From Octopus vulgaris (taxonomy: Eukaryota), in assembly GCA_951406725.2 (NCBI GenBank), contig OX597815.1, positions 148,800,001 through 148,864,000 of the forward strand: 64,000 bases of DNA, given 5' to 3'. The notes below the pieces were generated by a model. It had not been told where the DNA came from, searched no databases, and saw nothing but the letters and a program-made list of their open reading frames with translations. This document shows, in pieces, positions 40,225 to 52,004 of this stretch. Positions within the stretch are counted from its first letter, which is position 1. Every line of letters begins with the position of its first letter. A program made the position numbers and the translations under genes.

Positions 40225-40708
40225 CGAACTTTGAAATACTAATATCGATACTTAGATATCTATATAGGTTAGTAAAAGACAAGGCCAAAAACAGAAAAGA
40301 AAAATAAGGTTAAAAAGACGAGGTAAAATTTTTTTCATTCCCATTGAAATTGCTAAAATTTTGTGGTTTTCGGTCGATTTCACTGTCTTCCAGCGTGTAG
40401 AAATTGCCTGTTATAGATAATTTCTCTTTGTGTTTAAATGTACACTATTTTATATTGAATAATATATCGTCTATTGACTTTTTATTCATGCTAGGCCACT
40501 TGTAGTGTAATTTGTAAATAACGGATGGCTCGGTTACTGATATGGATGTACCTAGTAACTTATTTTATTTTTTAAAGACTCCGAAACTTATAGGTAAACC
40601 GTAAAAACAAGGTAAAAGTTTTTATTTTTTCATTCCCTTTGAAATTGTCTCCTAGCATGTAGAAATTGCCTCTTATAGGTAATTTCTCTTTGTTGTTTAA
40701 ATGTACAC

Positions 40709-40720
<12 letters not shown>
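40225..40720 (+). repeat. Imperfect tandem duplication (period ~260-290 bp; pseudo-LTR-like)
   Basis: aggtaaaa...tttttcattccc.ttgaaattg...gtagaaattgcct.ttatag.taatttctctttg...tttaaatgtacactattttatat at 40320-40455 and 40610-40720. Confidence 0.8.
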
Positions 40721-40769
<49 letters not shown>

Positions 40770-40850
40770 TACATATATATATAATGTTAATCCAAACAAG
40801 TAAACACAAAAAAAAACACAACAAAGCTCAGGAAAGAAGGGAAGAAGGAG

Positions 40851-40886
40851 GGTTTAACATTTCGAGCGGAGCTCTTCGTCGGAAAC
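40851..40886 (-). ncRNA. Minimal hammerhead-like motif (variant core)
   Basis: The reverse complement reads gttt-CCGACGA-a-gagc-tcc-gctc-GAAA-tg-TT-aaac, with perfect stem II and stem I gttt/aaac. The core is CCGA rather than CTGA. Confidence 0.55.
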
Positions 40887-41029
40887 ATAGGAGAAGGAAA
40901 GATCTAGAGAAGGGAAGACAGAGGAAAAGTATATATATATATATATATTATTTACATTTGAAGGATATTAAAGCTGTCGCTATGTCTGCAATGCAGTCGA
41001 CAACATTGACTGCGTTGCGTCATTAGACT

Positions 41030-41645
41030 GCCAGGTCGGAAGACATTCAGAAGTACCAGCACTAAGCAAAGTTGAGGCATAGGCGAAATTTAGGTTAGTT
41101 AAAATAAGTTTGTGACATATTTCTACCACTAAAGGCAAATTCATTGTAGTTCCCGTGGAGAATAAGTTATCTTCTATGGTGAAATGTATGTGTAAAAAGA
41201 TATTTGTCCAATGCTGGCCTCTGTCGGATTCCCAAATATGTTTCTAGCTCTTTAGCTGTTATCAATGGGGACGATCGAAGAGAGCGACTCTGGTCATTGT
41301 TAATTAAAGGTGTAACTTTAACTAAAACACATTCAACAATACTGACCACCAGGTCGGAAGACCGGAATATATATGTGTGTGTGTGTGTGTGTGCGTGTGT
41401 GCGTGTATGTATGTATATACACACATTATGTGTGTGTGTGTACATATATATTTAGAGAGAGAATTCATAAAAATAGAACATATTACAAAGACATGTGGTG
41501 TAGATAATAAACAGTTGTATTAGTATAACGCTCGGGAAGGGGAAAAGTCTTTAACGTTTGGAGCCAACGATCTTCCACGGTAAGGAACACAGAAAGAAAC
41601 AAGGAAAGAAACTAAAGAATGTGTAGTGGCTAGCAATCTATCATG
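41030..41645 (-). mobile_element. Penelope-like fragments (endonuclease C-terminus and terminal repeat)
   Basis: KELETYLGIRQRPALD resembles the LE...I....P.LN end of the GIY-YIG domain. A decayed hammerhead-like motif lies at ~41550-41582. Confidence 0.45.
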
Positions 41646-41728
<83 letters not shown>

Positions 41729-42179
41729 CAAGGCTTTTGCGGTTTTATTTACCAAATGTATTGAATATGCAAAGGAGAAAACAGTCAAAGATACATATAT
41801 ACTGAACATTAATTATATGTCAGAAAATATCAATATCAGCATGAAGCTCCCGGGGGAAAATTAGATCATATGGTGTATCAATCATAGTTTTTTCAGCAGA
41901 TACAGTCTCTTGCATGAACGAAAATAAAGAATAGACTTCTATTTCAATTTTTCATATCCTTGCAATTACAAGTTTTCAATCCTTACACGGGTCGCAATTT
42001 TTGTGGGACATCATTTACAGCAAATCATCGAAGCATATATTTATATACAGAGACGGTCTAAAAACAAGATCAACACATAAATTGTCTATAATCACAACAG
42101 GCAACTTTAGTATAATTATATGTTTGCATGAGTATGTTTCTCTATACTGGCGTGTGTGTTTTGCGTATATACATATATG

Positions 42180-42239
<60 letters not shown>

Positions 42240-42603
42240 TAGGCATGTATATATCCATATATGTATACATACATACAAACATACATATATACATGCATAC
42301 ATGCGCATAGCATGTATTTTCTAATTCAATTTTAAAAAATATACAGTAATAATTTCCTTTTCTTTTCTCAGTTTCACTAGGCTATCCATTAATAACTTCC
42401 TCTGCACAACTTCTGTCAATTATAGTCAAGTTTAGAATTAATTATATATTTATATATTTCGTTTTCGATTTTAAAGTGTATCTTTCTTCTCCTCCTCCTC
42501 TCTCTTTCTATCTGTCGATGCATCTGCCTGTTTATCAATCTATCAATATATATATGTATATATATATATTTCCTGAGAGATAGACAGGGAGAGAGAAAGA
42601 AAT

Positions 42604-42714
<111 letters not shown>

Positions 42715-43061
42715 CATTCTTGTTAATGGAATATGAGAAAATTGGTATACCGTTGATCATTAAACGATCATTGTTAAAATATCTCGGTTGTGAATCCATT
42801 AAAATTCTTATTTATGTGATTTTCCTATATTTACTACAAATGATACCATTGTATATGATGTCCTCTGTAAACAAAGTACAAATAATATTTAAGGCAAAAG
42901 TAATATAAGTCAGCGATGAGGAATATAGGTCGTGGATGCAGCAGAAGAATGAGCGCCATGTTAATTGAAAGATGTTTTCAGAATGAAAAACAAAATTGAT
43001 ACAGTATTTTATTGATATTGTAAAAAATCGTTCAGTAAATGGAAATGTATGTATATATAGT

Positions 43062-43245
43062 ATTTGTTTCAGTGAGATGGCTGTGCTAATACTGGAATAC
43101 CGCCTTGTGGCGTTTTAGTCGAACAAATTGTCCTCATGATATTCTACTGGTCGCATTTGCCGAATTTATGGCTTACAGGGACCTAACCATACCGACACTA
43201 GTTGTCAAATGGTGTGGGGAACAAACAGACACAAACACACACACA
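43062..43245 (-). mobile_element. SINE family A, 3' half, decayed
   Basis: tttgtttcagt...ctggaataccgcctt...ttagtcgaacaaat...gggaacaaacagacacaaacacac. Confidence 0.65.
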
Positions 43246-43649
43246 TAGCTATAATATAGCTATTCGTTAATTATGCCCTTTTCATTGAGGAAGCAGTCTG
43301 ATATGCTACTGAAATTCTGTGGAATCCCGTGAGGAGTTGTTATTTCGAACTGAAAATTCATTTGCTGTCTTGTAAGTTGTAAATCCGCAAAATATTTCTT
43401 AGATCTGATTTGACCATTCGGCACTTCTTCGATACACAATTGACGACTAGTTACAAAACTGTATAATTTCTGATCTCGACTAGTTACAAAACTGTATAAT
43501 TTCTGATCTGCCTCACTTTTGCAATTGTAATTCCTTGACGCCTGGCCTGTGGAACAAATACACGGTGATAATTATATAAATCAATTTGAATTTGTGAGTT
43601 TCCCTCAATTTGTTTTTGTACATCTTCAAGTTAGCAGTAGACTTTGTCT

Positions 43650-44420
43650 ACTATCATCGCCCTAGAAAAAGAGATACATACGTATTTTCTTTTTGCCTGG
43701 ACAACGTCATATGGCATAGAATTGCCAGAGGTTATTTACAGGAAACGGCAATTAGATTTGTCAGAGAGAAAAGATACTCTCCTTCACCAGATACTAAATT
43801 AATTTATACAACGTTTATAGAGCGCTGGAAGTGAAAATTGGGAAAATGTGGATACGTGTGAATAATACCATTTAGGAAAGAAGTTTCGTTCACAATTGTG
43901 GGCAAGGGACAGACAAAAGAGATAATTGATGTAGAGAGCAACTGCATGTGCTGAAAGAAATGTCTATTGAGAATGCGAGCGGTATGATTTACATTGCACA
44001 AGAAGACACTATAAGCCTAAATTGGCTCAGGAGAATGCTGTACTTTTCAATCACATACAGAATAATGTGATATGCTTGAGATGAAACGATCGTTTGCATT
44101 GTAACACAAAGGCGACAGTTAGCTAAGAAAGAATACGAGATTGCAAGCTTGATAAAATTGCTGCAACAATGCACTGAGGCTTTTCCAAGAGAAGCAATTT
44201 GCATAAATCAATTTAATTGTAATGAAAGAAGAATTTTCGTAAACAATGAAAATATGCTCTTAAAGTCATTCTCTATGCAGACATCAGGAAATGGGAAAAC
44301 AATAAGCCGGATATTGCTGTACTTGATAGAAGAAAAAAAAGCTTTTTAATCGACGTGGCATGTCCGGCTCATATAGGATCTATTACAAGGAAAGGGTAAA
44401 TGACTGGGTATAGAATCTTA
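43650..44420 (+). mobile_element. Decayed R4/Dong-like C-terminal fragment (zinc knuckle and RLE)
   Basis: MIYIAQEDTISLNWLRR...DETIVCIVT..QLAKKEY...NKPDIAVLDRRKKSFLIDVACP. Confidence 0.7.
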
Positions 44421-44909
44421 TCAAATAATGTATAATATTCAGAAATTCTACAAGAAAAAAATTGACGCTGTTGAATCATTGCGGTTTCAGAGTAAACATT
44501 ATTCTGCGTATTGTAACAATGAGGTATACAACTAATAATTTAAAGTAAAATGGATTGCTTATGCATTCAAATATTCTTCTTCGTATTGTGAATCATTTTC
44601 TTGGTTGAGACATGTTGAATTACATTTTGAAACAATTATATTTGGCCCTGTAAAGTGTTCTTCTGACTCATAATTTATTTTTTATGTACACTGGTAGGTA
44701 AACTTCGCTATAACGAGTCGCATTAATACGATCATGTCGCAAATATAAACAAGATATGTTTTCTTTCTTGTTTACGTAAATGCCTCTCGTTTCGTGATCT
44801 GGTCGAGGACACACACACATGTATGTGTATATGCCTGTTTGTTTAGGTAGTTATATGTATGTGCGTCTTACGGATTAGCTTTTATTATTATATTATCTTC
44901 ACCGGCATG

Positions 44910-44968
<59 letters not shown>

Positions 44969-44969
44969 G

Positions 44970-45032
<63 letters not shown>

Positions 45033-46309
45033 ATATGTATATGCATAGACATGCATATATATATATATATACATGCATACATACATATATTTGCTGATAT
45101 ATGTGTGTTGATGACTGCAAGTATGTATGCTTATATGCATGATTAGGTATGTGATAATTATTCTAATGATCAGCAATCATCCTTTCAATATGATTTTATA
45201 GATAAACATCTGTTCGAAAACTCTATTGGTTACGTACCTTTACGCAAACTGATTTTGTGATGTTATGTGATGAGGCGGGAGAACTAAATGCAGTTGTGAG
45301 CAAATTGCCTGTTAATAGATGAAATGCTTCGTAACACATATCAGCATGTACGAGGCATTAATGGAAATCGGTGAATGATATTATATTTTGTTTTCGCTTT
45401 TTTTTTTGCATGCATGTATTAGTTTAATTTGCTTTTGCTTTATTTCTCTAATGAGAAACATAAAGGAATCAAAGTGATGCGATACTGCATTCTCTAATGG
45501 TGATTTCGCTATGCATGATTTAATTTATTCCAAGCGGAATGATGAATAATATAATATAAACGGATGATTCTACAATCCTTCAATTGCAGTGATTTATTTT
45601 TCTCTAACCACATTTTTTTATGAGTTGCAAATATTTATCAAATTTATTAGCGATACAAGAAGCGTTGACATGGATGTCGTTACGTGTTCACTCAAAGTGG
45701 AAACATTAACGCCGAAAATCCTCTCAAATCATATCACAGTCTATCAGCTTCCAAATATCGACGACACATTAGCTAGTGCTGGCTGAAATGTATTGTAATG
45801 GAATAAAATACGAGATGGTCGACGCCAGACTGGCATTGACTGTCTGTCTGTTTATGTGATTAAGCACAAAATAAACAAGAGCAATACAATAATTTAATGA
45901 TACCAAGGCTATACCTGAAATCGTAGGAGAAACTTTGAATTGTTTTCATTTCGTTTCTCAGACTTTGAAAGAGGAATAAACTAAAACAAAATAACTGGAA
46001 TAAACCAGAATTTATGAAGAAGTGGGGAATGGTAAATGTTTTATTAATGTTTCATACAAGTATAATACTAAATTTTATGCTTAGATTTGCATAAACATAC
46101 GCAAACACATCTACACGAGCACACGCGTACAAACTTACATCGTACATATAAATATGTGGACAGGAGCTTTCAGGAATATCAAGATATGGGGTCTCATACA
46201 AATCACCAACAGCGTTTGCGACAGATTATCACCGTGAAATAGGCATCTTCTTCTTATTATTATTTTTATTAATATTATCATACATTTAATTTGCATGTTT
46301 GTTACAGTC

Positions 46310-46615
46310 ACTTGTCGGAGCACTCCCAGTGTCCTGGGGCGAATGTAGGATAAGGGATGTTACAGTCTGACTGAATGTGTGTGTAGGGGATACAACACAG
46401 ACATTTAAATTCATATGGGTTTTTAAGGGTGTGGGCAGTACTTGTCAGTAAAATATTTTGTATTAATCAGAGCCATGGTTTTCCTGGGCGTCTTATCTAA
46501 ATGTTTCTGGTATATTTTCTTTTATCTTACCTTGAGCACCTACAATAATAGGAACAGGTCTCGTTTGGGGATGCCACGTCTTTTGTATTTCAATTTCCAG
46601 GTTCTTATATTTAAT
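46310..46615 (-). mobile_element. R4/Dong-like 3' end
   Basis: KYKNLEIEIQKTWHPQTRPVPIIVGAQG. The 3' end points toward a decayed (ATT)n tract at ~46254-46280. Confidence 0.7.
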
Positions 46616-46620
46616 TAGAG

Positions 46621-47163
46621 CAGTTGTATACTATCAACGTAACGTGACAGTCCCATAAAGGGAATCCCACTACCGCTATTTAGCTGCAGGAAGCATCAAC
46701 GCTTCCTGTCGGCCTTGACACATTTCCTGTGTCCATATGTTTACAAGGAGAAACAAGCACCCCCATCCAGCTAAGCCTGCATCCAGAGACTAGTTTCTGA
46801 GTCTCCGATTCTTGATCACCATCTGTCTGGAGTAGCATGGCTTACTAACTGCAGATGCCTGTCTAGACCTTGTAAACATATATAATAATTCCAGTGAAAT
46901 AAATCCACTGATCACAAAAAATAGAAATATTGAATTTCTAAATATCTCAGAGAGATATAAGCAGTGGTGGTACGATAGGACAGTTGTATACTGGCAACTT
47001 AACGTGACAGTCCCGTAAAGGGAATCACACCAACGCTATATAGCCCTAGGAAGCATCAACGCTTCCTGTCGGCCTTGACACATTTCCTGTGTCCTTATGT
47101 TTACAAGGGGGAGACAAGCACCCCCATCCAGCTAAGCCTACATCCAGAGACTAGTTTCTGAGT
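46621..47163. repeat. ~183-bp direct repeat, two copies (46621-46803, 46981-47163)
   Basis: cagttgtatact...aggaagcatcaacgcttcctgtcggccttgacacatttcctgtgtcc...catccagagactagtttctgagt. Confidence 0.9.
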
Positions 47164-47419
47164 GTTAGTGGTATGAAGCACAGTACAAATATCAGTGGGG
47201 ACAGGCAGTCCACTTGGAAGGTACTCCTCCTAATTTCTACTGTTCTTAAACTTCCGTATGCTGTCAGTTCCGTCCTCCAATTCGCCATAATTTTCCAAGC
47301 AATCGCTCAACATTCGATGCAATACCAAAGAGGTTCATACTCTCCATAATCCAAGAATGTGGGATCATATCGTACGCCTTACGATAGTCGATCCATGACA
47401 TCGCTAATTTACCTTTTCC

Positions 47420-47435
47420 GTATTATTATTATTAT

Positions 47436-47495
<60 letters not shown>

Positions 47496-47563
47496 GAGTA
47501 GGAGGAGGAGGAGGAGGAGGAGGAGAAGGAGGAGGAGGAGGATGGGGGAGGAGGAGGAGGAGT
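47420..47563. repeat. Compound microsatellite (ATT)n(AGT)n(AGG)n
   Basis: Directly visible. Confidence 0.95.
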
Positions 47564-47826
47564 AGCATTGAGTGAGAGGCCAGTGCACACCATCACAGTA
47601 ACCCTGGGTTAAAATGTACATAACCACATATACCCATCATGACTCCCCTTCGAATAAGGTTACACCAGGCACCTGCGTCACAACCATATGTGCGCGACAG
47701 GATGATTTCATATCAAGATAAACAACGCATTACCGTTCAGGTGGGAGCCAGTTAGAACATTCTTTAGATCGAGTAGCCCATCCAGCACCAAATGGGTTGT
47801 TTAAGGATGTTGAACAAAACAAAATA

Positions 47827-48220
47827 AGCGCAGGAGTGCTGTGTGGTAAGTAGCTTGCTTAACAACCACATGCTTCCGGGTTCATTCCCACTCCCTGGCA
47901 GCCTGGGCAAGTGTCTTCTACTATAGCTTCAGGCCGACCAAAGCTTTGTGAATGGATTTGGTAGACGGAAACTAAAAGAAGCCCGTCGTATATATGTGTG
48001 TGTGTGTGTTTGTGTGTCTGTGTTCGTCCCCCAACATCGCTTGACAACCGATGCTGGTTTGTTTACGTCCCCGTAACTTAGCTGTTCGGCAAAAAATCCC
48101 AATAATACAAGTACTAGGCTTACAAAGAATAAATTCTGGGGTCGATTTGCTCGACTACAGGCGGTGCTCCAGCATGGCCGCAGTCAAATGACTGAAACGA
48201 ATAAAGAGTAAAGAGTAAAG
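47827..48220 (+). mobile_element. SINE family A, best-preserved full-length copy
   Basis: tRNA-like head (gtgtggtaag...gggttcattcc), conserved body, (TG)n core and tail ggcggtgctccagcatggccgcagtcaaatgactgaaac followed by (taaagag)n. Confidence 0.9.
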
Positions 48221-48274
48221 CACTCATGTTTCCAAAGGTAATTTATCCATCAGAGCATTGGTACTGCATCCGGG

Positions 48275-48406
48275 ACTACTACTACCTCTACTACTACTAC
48301 TACTACTGCTGCTGCTATTGCTGCTACTACTACTACTATTACTACTACATTCATTATTTCTAGTTGTAGTAGCTGTAGAAGAAGCAACAGAAACAGCAGT
48401 AGCAGA

Positions 48407-48500
<94 letters not shown>

Positions 48501-48530
48501 ATAGTAAGAATAGAAGTAGTAACAACAGCA
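48275..48530. repeat. (CTA/CTG)n followed by (CAG/TAG)n; self-complementary compound microsatellite
   Basis: Directly visible. Confidence 0.9.
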
Positions 48531-48757
48531 GCCGTATAATCACCACAGTGTTCATTGTATCGATTCTTTGTCCAGTAAAGCCTCAATTTCACTATTATAT
48601 ACATTCACCAGCTTTCTTGTTATTGAAGAGTCTAGAATCCTGACATCTGGTAAGTATTGTAAAAAGCGATAAGTCAGATATTATTATGAATCCGTCAGTT
48701 AAATGCAGGTTGTTTTCTATTATGAACTAGTAAGGCAAACAGGTCCGAACACACACG

Positions 48758-48788
<31 letters not shown>

Positions 48789-48861
48789 ATCTATATATAT
48801 ACATATATACATTCATATTTATGTATATGTATGTATATGCATACATATACATATACATATA

Positions 48862-49030
<169 letters not shown>

Positions 49031-49089
49031 ATGTGTAGGATTGCCTTATATACGAATAAATATGATAAATGCTCATGCAGAGTAAAATG

Positions 49090-49420
49090 AAAATTGCCTT
49101 TGATGAATGTAAAGAGCCGTTTGTTTACATTGGGCTGACGGCTGGTTCATTTAAGAATCTTTATTGTAACCATATTGACAGCTTTAAGGCAATCAATAAA
49201 TGACATTCAACATCTTTGGCAGATTTTGTAGGGCGACTGAATGAGGACAAGTGACATATAACATACATTGTCCCATAGTCATGTACGCAAAACCATACAA
49301 TATAATTTTCAGGAAATGCCGTCTCTGCTGCGAGGAAACCCTGTCTGTTCCGTGGGCTAGCGAGAAGATCATTCATAGAATTTCGTAATGATTTTCGAGA
49401 TGCCTACACGCATATAAATG
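49090..49420 (+). mobile_element. Penelope-like GIY-YIG endonuclease relic
   Basis: [22 protein letters not shown]...STSLADFV...KPYNIIFRKCRLCCEETL. Confidence 0.75.
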
Positions 49421-50989
49421 TACTTTCGCACAATGCAGTGGGAATAAATATTGAGTAACCGTTAACATAATTTAATTTACATAAAGGTATGGATGACTGA
49501 AGTTTATTTTAATCTCCCCATTCTTACAAACACCAGGTAGGTAGCTATCTTTTTGTGATCATGAGAGCACCAATACTCATGTGTGCGTATACTCGCATTT
49601 TTGCAGATGTTGGTATGAGCGCCTGTACTCATGACATGCAGCTTGGCCGAGGGCGGTTAAACATCCATATTTGTTAACGGTTATTTAAAATATTTTTTCC
49701 CGTTGTATTGCGTGTTCGTTTCTCTTTTTGATATGTGTGATTTTATTTTTGATCTTCTATATAAATGGAAATATTTCGAACGTCTGGCTGCTTTTCTTTC
49801 TACAAAAGGGGATGTTACATTGCGGAACAGTTAATTAAAATAGTTGTATTTATTATGTATTACCCGACGAGATACATCTGCACCACCAGTGGTGTTCTAG
49901 CCATGAGGAATCGGTGTTAGATGTGTAGAAAAATTGCCGTGATTAATGATAAACTGTCGTATATTCCATATTCCAACGTTCATTTGCCATATATATATAT
50001 ATATATATGTCTTTCAAAGAATAAATATTGGAGTATCTATTCGAGTAAGTTCGTCAAGACAGTGTCCCAGTATAGCGTATAGCGGCCGTCCAAATGCAGT
50101 AATATGACTTTTTTTTTAAATTACGCCCCACGCCCTGGTAAAATGTCATCTACTAATAACCACAAGTGTACGTGAAACAGAGTAAAATAAGTACAAATAT
50201 TTTCCGATAATAATGTACGAAAATTTACTGGGCGATGATTTCTCATATATCAGTTTGCACTTACATATAATTTATTTGGCAGCCGGAAGAGAACTGACAA
50301 AATTATTGAAGATATAAATATATTGTCGTCATTTCTTGAATGTTATTAAATGTACTGACTTATTTTCATTGAATACATCACAATCAGATATACATGAAGC
50401 AGTAAGTTTAGAAACACTCTTATCTTCGTCCCTCTGACATCTGAATGCAATCCGTATGGTTTTTCGACTTGTCGTATTTTCTTCAGTAGATCTTCCATCT
50501 TGTTAACGTAAGAACTTTTATGGTTCCAACCTTTTACCTTACCATTCAAGCCCCATTTCAGTGTTATTCTTGCTTGCTTCCAATCCTCCCTCTCCTTCAA
50601 AAGCACTCTTAGTATCATTTTAGTGATATGTATCCACCGCTTCTTGCCCTTCTTCTGCTTCTCCAATTCTTCCAAATATTATTTCGCTGCTTCTTGATTT
50701 TAAACAGAACCATCTAAAATATAAAACTGTATAGATCCATCCTGATATATTAGCATTAGTTCTGTAGAGATTTATCAAAGAATAATCGTACAAAATCACA
50801 TTAACGGAAGTTTATAGAAAAATGTTAATTTATAAATCAATGAATATTTTGATAATACACGTGTCTGGAGGAGTAGGAGCGTTTGATAAGTAGTAACGTA
50901 CAACAAGGTGACGAGAAATGAAACACCTTTAACTTAGAAAACTGCATTTTTTTTTCTCTTCAAAAGCACAACACTTTCTCATGAGCTTC

Positions 50990-51830
50990 CCACTAGACTT
51001 CCACCCAATGATCCATAAATATGTATATATTACACCTCTGTATCATGCATTCCATGGAAAACTTACATACGCACCTTAACTCTTTTATTACCATATTCCA
51101 TTTGAAATACAGTGTTCTTGTTTGAATGTGTTTTGAAACTATTGAAAGATTTAGTAAAATGACCATTATCATTAAGCTGTTTTTTGGAACAGAAATTGAC
51201 ATGAAATATTGAGGGTAGAATTTAACTTGGATCACATTAAAAAAAGAATTTTGTGCCATAGAACCAAGGGCAGTTTGAGGCAGGTTCTTATCAAAAGAGT
51301 TAACATGTCCGTCTACACTCAACAGCCGCAAAACAAATTGCATACGCAAATCCACACATTCACTTCACATATTTTGCAATCATTCTTATCGCAATGTAAC
51401 ACGCACTAACCTATACATATAATAAACATGCAAAATCATGCGCGCAAACAAGCATGCAAAATACTTAAGTCGTGCACACGCACAAATACATGGCATACTG
51501 AGGACCAATCACAATATGAAACCTACCCACTCACATCACACACAAACACAAACTCACGTGGACTAACATTTACAGAGGCATTCCTACCACTACTCAACCG
51601 TGTTTTCATTCATCATCGTATTTTCTGAACAACCATGTAACTTTTCTTTACTTAACGGCCAATATATACACTTGCTTCACCTTGGTAATCCCGTTATGAC
51701 ACGTCCTTTCCTTATTTCACGTCCCCTTTCCACCGCATCTTCTGCCCTACACGCTTGCCCTGAAGAAATGTTATCCGAAATATATGTTTAAATGTTTCCA
51801 TTCGTCTGAACGGCAAACTAGAAATTATGG
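50990..51830 (+). mobile_element. Possible Penelope-like 3' relic
   Basis: Weak remnant of the LS..W...W.I segment of the GIY-YIG domain, and a terminal cctgaagaa...gaaa motif. Confidence 0.35.
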
Positions 51831-52004
51831 CTGTGAACTCCTACGTTTTAAATGTTGTCTTTCTCTCTGTCTCTGTCTGTCTGTCTGTATTTCTCTTTCC
51901 ACCCACACACACATACACACATACATACTCATGTATGCATATGTAAATATGAATATTTACCAATATATACGCACAAATCTATATCATAATGTGTGAGTAT
52001 ATAT

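Noticed and set aside
47827-47900. tRNA genes (also 21324 and 23478)
   Set aside because: A/B-box-like heads run directly into SINE bodies, and no complete cloverleaf is evident.
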